From NCBI GenBank assembly GCA_963662795.1, contig OY759746.1:3136001-3200000 (forward strand): a stretch of 64,000 nt of DNA, read 5' to 3'. A program made the position numbers and the translations under genes. Shown in pieces: positions 18,761 through 28,538 of the stretch; the stretch's first letter is position 1, and each line of letters opens with the position of its first letter. The stretch is from Spirochaetia bacterium. GTDB lineage: Bacteria; Spirochaetota; Spirochaetia; CADAEX01. The notes beneath the pieces are model-generated. The model ran no database searches and was not told the DNA's origin. It saw only the letters and a program-made list of their open reading frames with translations.

Positions 18761-19206
18761 CATTACTTTTCCTTACTTAATCCCACTTGCTAAGAAAACA
18801 ATAGAGGTTGCAGTCAAATTAAGAATATATTCAACATATTTTTCATCTACATCAATTACTTTAGATCCCTGTCCGTGTCCACTTAATTTATTGCGTAATG
18901 TTGGAACACCAGATTCAAGTATACTTTGTAATCCATTGTAATGGCTTTGTAAATACGATGGAATATACCCCTTATTAAAAAGAAGTGAAATTAGGGTTTT
19001 CGAAGTTGCGTTTTGGTCATATATAATCCTTAATTCAGTTAAGACAATTTTAATTGTGCTTTCAAACGCTTTTAGGCAATCATTCATGCATTCTTTATTC
19101 TCTTTTTTTCTATAATGACTATGAGCAGATAAAAATTCTTGTTGTGCACCAGAAAACTTTTTATTATTTAAAATTTCTAAAGCTGGTTTGATAATTTCTT
19201 TATGAA

Positions 19207-20237
19207 TGACGGCCAGAAATTCCTAGCGCAATAAACTAATATTGTGACAGGAGTTTTAAGTGAGTTACAAAAGAATGAATCTCAATGAAAGAATGGCCAT
19301 TTTTCAGATGATTTACACCAAAAGATTAAAGCTATCACAAATAGCAAGTAATCTTGGCCGAAGAGCTTCAAGTATTACAAGAGAAATAAAACGCGGTACT
19401 GATGAAGGATATTACAATCCTTTAATTGCAGAGTATGAGCATTTAAGGCAAAGAAAAAATCAGAGCCCCAAATTAAAAATAGACAACAAGTCATGGCAGC
19501 TTATAAAACCCAAACTCCAACTCCGGTGGTCCCCACAGCAAATTGCCAAATGGCTGGAAATAAATTATCCTTCAGATAAAGTGAGTGATAAAACAATTTA
19601 TAACTATGTCCATTTCCACATGAGGGGAGAGCTTAAAAAACTAGCGCTTAAAGATTTAAGACTCAAAGGAAAGAAAAGAAAGAGTGCAAATAAGGACGAA
19701 AAACGGGGTAAATTAAAAGATATTACCCTTATAGACGAAAGGCCTGCTGAAATTAACTCACGGAAAGTTCCAGGACACTGGGAAGGAGATCTTCTCATTG
19801 GAAAGGACCATAAATCAGCAATCTGCGTAATAGTTGAACGTAAAACTAGGTTTATCCAGCTTGATCTGTTAAAAACATATGATGCAAATACAGTAAGAAA
19901 AACAATAGAGAAAAGGTTTAAGAAGATATCTCCTCTTCTAAGAAAATCTCTGACTCTTGATCAGGGTAAAGAGAACAGTGAGTTCAAAAAACTCAAAGAA
20001 AATCTTAATATTGATGTATACTTTTACCATCCGGCATCTCCCTGGGAAAAGGGAACATGTGAAAACACAAATGGCTTGATTCGTGATATGCTTGATGAAG
20101 TAGATGATTTCAGAAAGCTTTCGCAGTATGATGTATCACGAGTAGCAAGGCTATTGAATGAGAGGCCAAGAAAAACTCTTGACTTCATAACACCTAAAGA
20201 AGCTATTGCCAATTTGCGCTAGGAATTTCTGTGCACA
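19207..20237 (+). mobile_element. IS30-family insertion sequence
   Basis: 18-bp perfect inverted repeat CAGAAATTCCTAGCGCAA (19214-31 / 20214-31), TG...CA ends, 2-3 bp target duplication AA(T). Confidence 0.93.
19260..20222 (+). CDS. IS30 transposase (intact)
   Basis: SSITREIKR HTH, WSPQQI, HWEGDL, TLDQGKE, SPWEKGTCENTNG, LNERPRKTL. Confidence 0.95.
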   Translation: MSYKRMNLNERMAIFQMIYTKRLKLSQIASNLGRRASSITREIKRGTDEGYYNPLIAEYEHLRQRKNQSPKLKIDNKSWQLIKPKLQLRWSPQQIAKWLEINYPSDKVSDKTIYNYVHFHMRGELKKLALKDLRLKGKKRKSANKDEKRGKLKDITLIDERPAEINSRKVPGHWEGDLLIGKDHKSAICVIVERKTRFIQLDLLKTYDANTVRKTIEKRFKKISPLLRKSLTLDQGKENSEFKKLKENLNIDVYFYHPASPWEKGTCENTNGLIRDMLDEVDDFRKLSQYDVSRVARLLNERPRKTLDFITPKEAIANLR

Positions 20238-20790
20238 AATGTATTCACTGGATACTTTTATTATTATTCCCGATTCATATTTATACCCGAAAGCATGTTC
20301 TTTAAATCTATCATTCAATTCGGCTATTGCATCATCAGCATCTATTCTTGGGGAGGCCTGAGCTTGATAGGAATAGTTATCTCTTATAAAACTGTCTATT
20401 AATAAAAAACATAATTCAACAACATCAAAAGATTTTTCAAGGTTTTTTTCTTGAAGAAAATATTGTAATAAGTGATCATTTGATTTCATTAGGTGGCTGT
20501 ATTGTAATAATTCAAAAATGCCATGTTCCCTACATAAAATATTTATAACCTTTTGATATAGTGCTTGGACATCATTATATCGATCATCACCAAATGCATC
20601 AGCTATGATATGCATAATTTGTACTTTTAAGCTTTGCTCAGATTTATCATATTGATATACATCAGGAACTTGTCCACGTTCAATCCTCTTACGCTTCGAA
20701 TATAAATCATATATTGCCATAATAATCCTATTATTTTACTTCATATTAATACTTGTTGTTTGGCCACACATATTTTTTTTAAAACAGATT

Positions 20791-21303
20791 TCAATAGTTA
20801 GGGGGCCCTCCGTTTTTCGATAGTAAAAACATATAAATATCTGGTTTTCTTGGGGAGCCTCCATTCCTCCAGGAGCCTGAACTATTTTGGGCATCACCAA
20901 GATATAAACCATTGGAAGATTTTACTGGAGTAGTATTAGAATATTGTCCTGTCTTTGAATTGTACCACCAGCCATTATACCAAGTTGTTCTCCCATCTGA
21001 TACACCCCAAGCGGCCTTTGGACTTTTGGGGTGTGGCATCGTATAAGTCCAACCTTGTTCATACATTTCACATGCAATTATTATTTCTTGATTTGATGAA
21101 GAAATTCCAGGGCGTAAAAACTGTTTATTTTTACTTACTATTATGTCTGATGATAATCCTAAATCTGTAATCTTAGACCATGTATTATCATCATATAAAA
21201 CAGCTTTTGTGCCGTCTTTTAGTGTTACAATCTCTTCGGAAAATAGATTTATGGCTACACCCAGCAGACTAATAAATAAAAATGCTTTTTTATTCATTCT
21301 CAT
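20791..21303 (-). CDS. Hypothetical secreted protein
   Basis: GGAG RBS, signal peptide, VTLKDG..AVLYDDNTW N-terminal motif, Trp/Gly-rich C-terminal domain. Confidence 0.7.
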   Translation of the reverse strand: MRMNKKAFLFISLLGVAINLFSEEIVTLKDGTKAVLYDDNTWSKITDLGLSSDIIVSKNKQFLRPGISSSNQEIIIACEMYEQGWTYTMPHPKSPKAAWGVSDGRTTWYNGWWYNSKTGQYSNTTPVKSSNGLYLGDAQNSSGSWRNGGSPRKPDIYMFLLSKNGGPPNY

Positions 21304-21690
21304 TCTCCTAATTGTTCAACGAGGAGGGCCTTGAACATAAAGACATCGCTTCAAACTGATGTACTAATTTTCATGTTTTGATAAAAGCATGATGAGCAGA
21401 CCTATAGTATAAACTAGTAACATTCTAATCCCTCCCCATATATATGAACAGTAGAATTTAAAGAGTCATTAGAAATGATGGAATATGTATCAAAAATGAG
21501 TATTTACACCTGAATCTGGTTAATAAGTTGCAATAAAAAGAAGTAACATATAACGTATTTCCCCCGATTGTCGAAAAGAGGGATTATTTTTGTTTTATCC
21601 AGCTGTCATGTTTTAGTTAAAAACCTGGATTACCACTTGAATATGAGTCTAATTTTTCATTAGCTTTTTGAATGACTGCTTTTTTCACAT

Positions 21691-21822
21691 TCAAGTCTTT
21701 TCATACCTTATCTGGAGCAGAAATACTGCTTTGAGAGTAAAATCCTTTCCGTATTTGTCTGGCATGCCATCAATATATCGATCAGGATCATCTGGAAGCC
21801 TTAAGCTTCTTGGCTTACTCAC
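21691..21822 (-). pseudogene. Possible ribbon-helix-helix (Arc-like) remnant, 43 codons
   Basis: GTG start, MSKPRSLRLPDD resembles an RHH beta-strand/helix; short and possibly frameshifted. Confidence 0.3.
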
Positions 21823-21872
21823 CTATTATAAGTTAACATAATTTTCATATAAAAATATTTATGAAATATTTC

Positions 21873-21924
21873 TTGCGTAAATGGCTGGACAGGTGTATTA
21901 TGATCATGTGCAAAACAGTTTGCA
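21873..21924 (+). promoter_or_regulatory. Sigma70 promoter with a LacI-type operator
   Basis: TTGCGT-17-TATTAT (21873-21901), then palindrome TGCAAA-acag-TTTGCA (21909-24). Confidence 0.55.
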
Positions 21925-21994
21925 AAATATTTTAATAATGAAGCTTTTTATGCAGACTTTTTAAAGCAAAAATCCATACCGGAAAGGTGAGTAA

Positions 21995-22726
21995 ATGAAG
22001 AATACTATTGAAGCGATCCTGTTTGATGTTGGCAATACACTCCGTATAGTCGTTAAGGATACTGACTTTATGGCAGCAGCAAAGAAGGAGCTTGCGAATC
22101 TGCTTGGAACAAACATGACTCCGGACCAATTCTTTGATCATCTCGAAGAAAGGTACAAAATTCTCAGAAAACAGGCTAAAGAGAAACTGATTGAAGCTTC
22201 CGAAAAGGAAATGTGGACCCGCTGGATGCTACCTGATTATCCTTATGAAAAAATTGCACCGTTATCGGGAAAATTAACCCGTCTATGGAGGGATTGCGAC
22301 GGCCGCAGGATTCCAAGGCCTGATGTGAGGCCTGTTGTGCTTGAACTGCACAAGCGGGGTTATAAGATGGGTATTATTGCCAATACTATAACAGAATCTG
22401 AAATACCTGACTGGCTGGAGGCAGATCAGCTTACAGAATATTTTGATCCTGTCATTCTTTCATCAAAGGTCGGTATCAGAAAGCCAAACCCGGAAATCTA
22501 TCTGGAAGCTGCCCGTCAAATCGGGACGGAACCTCAAAATTGTGTCTATATCGGAGATAATCCTGTCCGGGATGTAGAAGGGGCACAGGCAGCAGGTTAT
22601 GGAATGATGATTCTGATCCATGAGCCTGACACCCTGAAAAAAGAACCGCCCAATGGTGTATTTAAAGCGGACCACACAATTTATGAATTATCCGGACTGC
22701 TGGATATTTTTCTTCCCAGATCATGA
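21995..22726 (+). CDS. HAD-family hydrolase
   Basis: LFDVGNTL motif I, RKPNPEIY, YIGDNPVRDVEGA motif IV. Confidence 0.9.
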   Translation: MKNTIEAILFDVGNTLRIVVKDTDFMAAAKKELANLLGTNMTPDQFFDHLEERYKILRKQAKEKLIEASEKEMWTRWMLPDYPYEKIAPLSGKLTRLWRDCDGRRIPRPDVRPVVLELHKRGYKMGIIANTITESEIPDWLEADQLTEYFDPVILSSKVGIRKPNPEIYLEAARQIGTEPQNCVYIGDNPVRDVEGAQAAGYGMMILIHEPDTLKKEPPNGVFKADHTIYELSGLLDIFLPRS

Positions 22727-23016
22727 TGGTTAAAAAGGTAAAATGAACGGCCATGAGCATAGCCTGTTAAGCTGAACGGAGATTTTGATGAAATTAACCG
22801 GGAAGTGAATCAGGCAATTCTTTTTTGTCGGTTTTTTTACATAAAATAAATGAAATGAAAGAATACTTGCGTTTTTTAAATTATAATGTATTATCATAAT
22901 AGTATGCAATATTTTAGATAATATGAATATTTATGGAAATCAGGAATTTAAATGGATCAGAAAAACATGAATTCAAATTGATTTCCATTTGACTAATGAA
23001 TATTAGGAGTTAATTA

Positions 23017-24852
23017 ATGACTGTTACAACAATCCCTAAAGTTCCGCTGCCCCTGCTGAATAAGGCCCGTTTAAGACGTTTTTTACGCTGGCTTAAATCT
23101 CCGCAGGTAATTCTCTCCCTCATCATGCTTGCGGTTATGTTTTATATGGTCATCATCCCCCTCTACCGGATGCTGATAACAACCATTACATTCTCGGAGA
23201 ACGATCTGCGTTATGCACCTGGAGCTGTAGTCGGGCAGTTTACTCTTTTTCACTGGCTTAGAATGCTTACCAGTAAAATTGCTGTGATAATGACTTTTCA
23301 GCCCCTTCTTCATTCCCTGACCATCTCGTTCGGCGCAACTACACTTGCCTTTGTCATCGGCGGTACCATGGCCTGGATGGTTGTGCGGACTGATATGCCG
23401 GGAAGAAAGATCATAAACGTCCTGGCAGTGGTTCCCTATATCATGCCATCATGGACAATCGCCATGGCCTGGAAAGTACTGTTCAACAACGGCACTGCAG
23501 GAGGTGTTCCCGGAATTCTTATGTTCCTGACCGGTACTGCGCCTCCTGATTGGGTTGCTTTCGGGCCACTTCCGATCATCATAAGCAGCGCTCTGCACTA
23601 CTATACATTCTATTTTCTTTTTGTGTCCGCTGCACTGATGTCAATTGACTCAAGCCTTGAAGAGGCCGCTGAGCTCTCAGGTGCCAGCCGCGGCCGGATA
23701 CTGCGGAAAATCACATTTCCGCTTGTTATTCCCGCATTACTCTCCGGATTTATCATGACTTTTTCTAAAACCATGGGCACATTCGGCGGACCTAACGTCC
23801 TTGGAGTTCCGGTCAGTTACTATACCATGTCGACTATGCTCCGCTCCAATACAACAGTGCTTGCTTTTGGAGATGCGTTTGTTCTGGCTATAATACTTAT
23901 CCTCTTCTCAATGACAACAGTAACGGTAAACCAGAAAATCGTAGGAACAAGGAAAAGCTATGAAACCATAGGCGGACGGGGTTTTATGGCCCAGAAAACC
24001 AAACTGAGAGAAAGCAAATATATCCTGACCGCTATAACGGTTACTTTTCAGATAATTATAGCTGTACTGCCTCTGCTGCTGTTGATTATGAGTACTTTAA
24101 TGCTCCGTTCAGGCAGCTACAGTTTTGATAACCTGAGTCTGGCCCATTGGATCGGCCAGAGTGATGTGAAAATTAATAGCGGTGAACCTGGTATACTGCT
24201 GAATCCGGCTATCTGGAAAGGAGCCTGGAACTCGGTCAAGCTGGCAACGTATACCGCTTTTTTCACAGCACTGCTTGGCGTAATCCTCGGCTATGCAATA
24301 GTCAAGGGCAGAGGCACAAGGCTTGGAAAAATCGTGGAGCAGCTGGCTTTCGTTCCCTATGTTATCCCCGGTATTGCTTTCGGCGCTGTATATATCTCGA
24401 TGTTTACAAAATCTGTCGGTCCCATTCCGCCGCTTTATGGAACTTTCCTCCTGCTGGTTATTGTTTCAGTTGCAAAGCATATTCCTTACTCTTCCCGTTC
24501 CGGTGTATCTGCAATGCTGCAGGTCGGACGGGAACTCGAGGAAGCAGCAGCTGTTGCCGGAGCCAATGCGTGGCGGCGGTTCTGGCGTATAATTTTCCCT
24601 CTTACCAGCGCAGGTTTTGTTTCAGGATTTCTTTTAACCTTCATTACAACCATGCGCGAATTGTCACTTATAATACTGCTGGTAACGCCGAGTACCGCAG
24701 TACTTGCCAGCATGACAATGCGCTATATTGAAAACGGAAATGAACAGCAGGCCAATGCTGTAATATTATTACTGATTACCATCGTTCTGATTGGTAACTT
24801 TATTATCAGCCGCTTCAGAGGCGGCAGTCTAAAAAAAGGTCTTGGAGCATAA
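23017..24852 (+). CDS. ABC transporter permease, FbpB/AfuB-type (two fused TM domains)
   Basis: Two EAA loops (LEEAAELSGA, LEEAAAVAGA), about 12 TM segments. Confidence 0.9.
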   Translation: MTVTTIPKVPLPLLNKARLRRFLRWLKSPQVILSLIMLAVMFYMVIIPLYRMLITTITFSENDLRYAPGAVVGQFTLFHWLRMLTSKIAVIMTFQPLLHSLTISFGATTLAFVIGGTMAWMVVRTDMPGRKIINVLAVVPYIMPSWTIAMAWKVLFNNGTAGGVPGILMFLTGTAPPDWVAFGPLPIIISSALHYYTFYFLFVSAALMSIDSSLEEAAELSGASRGRILRKITFPLVIPALLSGFIMTFSKTMGTFGGPNVLGVPVSYYTMSTMLRSNTTVLAFGDAFVLAIILILFSMTTVTVNQKIVGTRKSYETIGGRGFMAQKTKLRESKYILTAITVTFQIIIAVLPLLLLIMSTLMLRSGSYSFDNLSLAHWIGQSDVKINSGEPGILLNPAIWKGAWNSVKLATYTAFFTALLGVILGYAIVKGRGTRLGKIVEQLAFVPYVIPGIAFGAVYISMFTKSVGPIPPLYGTFLLLVIVSVAKHIPYSSRSGVSAMLQVGRELEEAAAVAGANAWRRFWRIIFPLTSAGFVSGFLLTFITTMRELSLIILLVTPSTAVLASMTMRYIENGNEQQANAVILLLITIVLIGNFIISRFRGGSLKKGLGA

Positions 24853-24864
24853 GGAGTAGATATC

Positions 24865-25947
24865 ATGTCAGTTGCTATCAGAATTAATAATCTAACAAAA
24901 CGTTTTGGAAATGTTACAGCCGTAAATAATGTAAGTCTAAATATCGAATCAGGTTCATTTCTGACCCTCCTGGGTCCTTCCGGATGCGGCAAAACTACAC
25001 TGCTGCGCTGTATCACGGGGCTTGAGGATCCGAATGAGGGTGAGATATTTATAGGAGATAAACTGGTTTATTCCAGCAGGGAAGGGATTTCTGTGCCTCC
25101 CGGGGAAAGAGACCTGGGTCTGGTTTTTCAGAATTATGCCTTGTGGCCTCATATGAAGGTTTACAAGAATATGACATTCGCGCTTGAAACCAAAAAAATG
25201 ACACCTGAAGAAATGGACAAGAGGGTCAAGGACTCTCTTGCTGAAGTAAAAATGTCTGGCTATGAAGACCGTTATCCAAGGGAGATGAGCGGCGGACAGC
25301 AGCAGAGAATTGCCCTAGCCCGTATGCTAGCTTACCGTCCGGGTGTATTTCTTATGGACGAACCTCTGTCAAACCTGGATGCCAGGCTGAGAATGGATAT
25401 GCGCATAGAACTTAAGCGGCTCCATCATGTAACCGGGGCCACTACTGTATATGTTACCCATGATCAGGTTGAAGCCCTGACAATGTCAACCAGCATCGCG
25501 ATAATGAAAGAGGGGGTAATCCAGCAGCTTGATACTCCTGACAGGGTTTACCATTTTCCTGCCACCCTGTTTGTCGCAGACTTTATTGGAAATCCTAAAG
25601 TCAATCTTTTAAAAGGTTCTGTTGATGAAGACGGAAAAGTCAATATGGGTTCATTCCATGTACCTGCAAATACTTGCAACACAAAAGGGAAGGTAGTCAT
25701 GGCAGTAAGGCCGGAAGATGTTACAATTTCAACATCTCCTGTTCCTGACGGAATTGAATTTACAGCCTATTCTGTTCTTCCGGCAGGAGCTGATTCTTCA
25801 ATCATAGCTCACCGCGGTGATATCGAACTGACTATACGCGAGATGGGAACCAGCACGGTCAAAATGGATGAAAAGATATGGCTGAAATTCAACCCTGAAA
25901 CAGTGAACCTTTATGATGAGAAAAGCGGGAATTTGATCACTCAGTGA
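24865..25947 (+). CDS. ABC transporter ATP-binding protein (FbpC/PotA-like)
   Basis: GPSGCGKT, MSGGQQQR, MDEPLSNLD. Confidence 0.93.
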   Translation: MSVAIRINNLTKRFGNVTAVNNVSLNIESGSFLTLLGPSGCGKTTLLRCITGLEDPNEGEIFIGDKLVYSSREGISVPPGERDLGLVFQNYALWPHMKVYKNMTFALETKKMTPEEMDKRVKDSLAEVKMSGYEDRYPREMSGGQQQRIALARMLAYRPGVFLMDEPLSNLDARLRMDMRIELKRLHHVTGATTVYVTHDQVEALTMSTSIAIMKEGVIQQLDTPDRVYHFPATLFVADFIGNPKVNLLKGSVDEDGKVNMGSFHVPANTCNTKGKVVMAVRPEDVTISTSPVPDGIEFTAYSVLPAGADSSIIAHRGDIELTIREMGTSTVKMDEKIWLKFNPETVNLYDEKSGNLITQ

Positions 25948-26091
25948 TATATCCGGATTAACATTCTGTAGCTTTGCAGACCGGTTAACAGGTTCCGGCA
26001 AAATTCCAAGGAGGTAATTAAACTGACAAATACAACAGATTTTTTAAAATGGAAAATTTATTATTTTTTGAAAAATTCCAAGGAGGAAAAA

Positions 26092-27279
26092 ATGAAAAAG
26101 AGTTTGATTCTTATTCTGGTGATTATGATGACATTAAGCATGTCTCTCTGGGCCGGCGGCAAAAGTGAAGCCGCGCCTAAAGTCAATGAAGCACAGGAGA
26201 AATGGCTTAAAGACAATCAGCTTGGCCAGTATGCAACAGATACCCAGGATTGGGCTGCGATTGAAGCTGCCGCGAAAAAGGAAGGTTCAGTTATCATCTA
26301 TGCCAACTCATCAAAGATAGCCAAAGCTGTTGATGCATGGAAAAAGATTTATCCGGACATTGCAATTGAAGGCTATGACCTTGGCGGAGATGATGTTCTC
26401 GCGAAAACACTTGGCGAACAGCAGTCAGGCTTGTTTGTCGGTGATGTATGGTTCAGCAGCGGCGGAGCTGAGGTAGTAGGAAACGTCCTTCCCCACAAAT
26501 ATATATGGCGCTTTGTTCCCGACAGTCTTAAGGGAAAAATTGACCCTGTATATACCAACCCTCTTCTGGTTTCCCGCCTGGGGACTACCATTCTCTGCTA
26601 CAACTCAGAACTTAACAAAACCAGCCCCGTCTCCAATATCTGGGAGCTGACAGAACCTGAGTGGAGAAAAAAAATTGTTGTAGAAGACCCCCTTAATGAT
26701 GCCTCAACAATGAGTAAACTTCTTACCTATGTGGCTCACCCGAAAGAGATGGAAGCTGCCTATGTTGAGTATTATGGGAAAAAACCGGTACTTGATAAAG
26801 ATACACCTGATGCAGGATGGCTCTGGTTCAAGCGCTTTGCACAGAATGCTCCAATTGCACAGCCTGGCGGGGATGAAGTTGATTCTGCTTTTGCAAGCCC
26901 CGGGATGAAGGAAAATTATGTTGCCTTCACTTCCTATTCCAATTATCCCGATGTACAAGAGGGTAACCTGGTATTTGAACCATGCTGGGGTCTCAAGCCG
27001 ATGCTTGGCATCCAGAGCCAGAGCTACCTTGCCGTTATCAATCAGGCTCCGCACCCCAATGCTGCCAAGCTTTTTATCCGCTTTATTACAAGCAAAGACG
27101 GCAGAAAACCATGGTCTAAATTCGGAACCTATTTCCCGGACAGCTCCTATAAAGTTCCTGAAGGGATGAAAACCCTGGATGAGATATTTGAAATTACATG
27201 GTTTGTTGATGAGAAATTTGCCTATGACAACCTGGTTCAGGCCAGGGATTTTTACCTCCTGAATCATGGAAAGAAATAA
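26092..27279 (+). CDS. ABC transporter solute-binding protein (Fe3+/AfuA-like cluster)
   Basis: AAGGAGG RBS, signal peptide ending WAGGKSE, AAKKEG, APHPNAAKLF. Confidence 0.85.
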   Translation: MKKSLILILVIMMTLSMSLWAGGKSEAAPKVNEAQEKWLKDNQLGQYATDTQDWAAIEAAAKKEGSVIIYANSSKIAKAVDAWKKIYPDIAIEGYDLGGDDVLAKTLGEQQSGLFVGDVWFSSGGAEVVGNVLPHKYIWRFVPDSLKGKIDPVYTNPLLVSRLGTTILCYNSELNKTSPVSNIWELTEPEWRKKIVVEDPLNDASTMSKLLTYVAHPKEMEAAYVEYYGKKPVLDKDTPDAGWLWFKRFAQNAPIAQPGGDEVDSAFASPGMKENYVAFTSYSNYPDVQEGNLVFEPCWGLKPMLGIQSQSYLAVINQAPHPNAAKLFIRFITSKDGRKPWSKFGTYFPDSSYKVPEGMKTLDEIFEITWFVDEKFAYDNLVQARDFYLLNHGKK

Positions 27280-27302
27280 TTAAAACCTGGTTTAAAAAAA
27301 AT

Positions 27303-27336
27303 CTTCGGGTACGGATTGAAATATCTGGACCCGAAG
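27303..27336 (+). terminator. Hairpin after the ABC operon
   Basis: CTTCGGGT...ACCCGAAG stem. Confidence 0.5.
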
Positions 27337-27463
27337 GTTTAACAATAATTTAGCAGCAAAAATAAATAAAAACTGCTGCTAATAAGTACAGCTTAACCCT
27401 TTCTGCGAAATATTTTTCAATTTTACTGAACACTCTCTCCCATATTAAAAAAAATAAAAATCC

Positions 27464-27492
27464 TGTAACCGATACGGTAAATCCGGCTCTAA
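27464..27492 (+). promoter_or_regulatory. Putative ECF-sigma promoter upstream of osmC
   Basis: TGTAAC-17 bp-CTCTAA. Confidence 0.4.
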
Positions 27493-27548
27493 AGGATATA
27501 AAGAGAAATGATTTCTTTAAAAAAATCACTTAAAAGAGGTATCACGCA

Positions 27549-27989
27549 ATGACAGGGATTAAACTTAAAGGATCCGCAGCGCTTATAAACAAAAAGGCCA
27601 AATTCAAATGCACAGTTAAAGGAAAGGAAGATATTATTGTCGATTATATCCCGCCTCTTGGAGATGGGGAGGGGCACACTTCCCTTGAACTGCTCCTGTT
27701 AAGCTTATCAAGCTGTTTTGCCTCATCAGTCAAGTTTATGCTGATGAAGGAAAAAATCAAAGTTGATGAATTAAAAGTAAAAGCCGAAGGGGTGAGGCGG
27801 GAAGAGCATCCTACAGGATTTAAAAGCATAAGCCTCTATATAATTATAAAGGCGGAAGGTCTTACTTCGGATATCCTTGAAAAAGTTATCAGGATCTCTG
27901 AGGAAAGTATATGTCCTGTATACTCAATGATAAAAGGCAGCTCCAGGATAGAGGTGAAATACAGTATTGAGAATACGGAGGGAAAATGA
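27549..27989 (+). CDS. OsmC/Ohr family protein
   Basis: ELLLLSLSSC and SICPV two-Cys motif. Confidence 0.88.
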   Translation: MTGIKLKGSAALINKKAKFKCTVKGKEDIIVDYIPPLGDGEGHTSLELLLLSLSSCFASSVKFMLMKEKIKVDELKVKAEGVRREEHPTGFKSISLYIIIKAEGLTSDILEKVIRISEESICPVYSMIKGSSRIEVKYSIENTEGK

Positions 27990-28498
27990 AACCTGACACT
28001 ATAAATCCCGATAAAAAAGCAATTTCCTTCTGCGGAGTATTCTGCCCGTCATGTACCCTTTATATCGGGACAAAGGAGGAGGCTGAAAGACTTTTGTTTC
28101 TTTCAAAAAGGATGGGAAAGCCTGTTGAAGAGTTGAGATGCACCGGATGCCGTTCTGATAAAGTCTCCTATTACTGCAGGGACTGCGTTCTCAAAAAGTG
28201 TGCTGAAGAATCAGGTTATGAAAGCTGTGCAGAATGCCCTGATTATCCATGCAGCATACTTGAGGAATTCCAGAAAGAGATGCCTCACCGGGCTGATTTG
28301 TGGAAATCGCTTGAAATACTTAAAAATGAGGGGTATGAAAAATGGACAGAAACAGAAACTGCGGATTTTGCCTGTCCGGAGTGCAATATAATAAACTCAG
28401 CATATGATCTTGTCTGCCGGAAATGCGGCTCAGAACCGGGTAGCAGATTCGCTGAAAGACACAGGGATAAAATTACAACACATCTTAAGAAAAAATAA
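27986..28498 (+). CDS. DUF3795-type Cys-rich protein with zinc-ribbon tail
   Basis: CGVFCPSC, CTGC, CAECPDYPC, CPEC...CRKC; ATGA overlap with osmC. Confidence 0.8.
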   Translation: MKPDTINPDKKAISFCGVFCPSCTLYIGTKEEAERLLFLSKRMGKPVEELRCTGCRSDKVSYYCRDCVLKKCAEESGYESCAECPDYPCSILEEFQKEMPHRADLWKSLEILKNEGYEKWTETETADFACPECNIINSAYDLVCRKCGSEPGSRFAERHRDKITTHLKKK

Positions 28499-28511
28499 TA
28501 AAAAAAACAAC

Positions 28512-28535
28512 AGCCGTCCTGTTTTCGGGGCGGCT
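28512..28535. terminator. Terminator hairpin between convergent genes
   Basis: AGCCGTCC / GGGCGGCT stem preceded by an A run. Confidence 0.6.
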
Positions 28536-28538
28536 TAT

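Larger units (their letters stand above)
18773..20720 (-). pseudogene. STM4504/CBY_0614-like (AbiJ-NTD + Abi/HEPN-like C terminus) protein interrupted by IS30
   Basis: Removing the IS restores an in-frame 304-aa ORF (...KVSSEY-IHKEIIKPAL...CLKAFES...LRNKLSGHG). Confidence 0.8.
13760..21830. mobile_element. Decayed AT-rich integrative/defence island (right boundary approximate)
   Basis: Integrase remnant at the left end, visibly lower GC, TA/Abi cargo, IS30 insertion. Confidence 0.65.

Noticed and set aside
20151-20237. C-terminal tail of the 189-aa ORF at 20151-20720
   Set aside because: Read-through into the IS30 right end, not native sequence
15000-21830. Integron cassette array
   Set aside because: No repeated attC-like sites recognisable, and genes occur in both orientations with their own promoters
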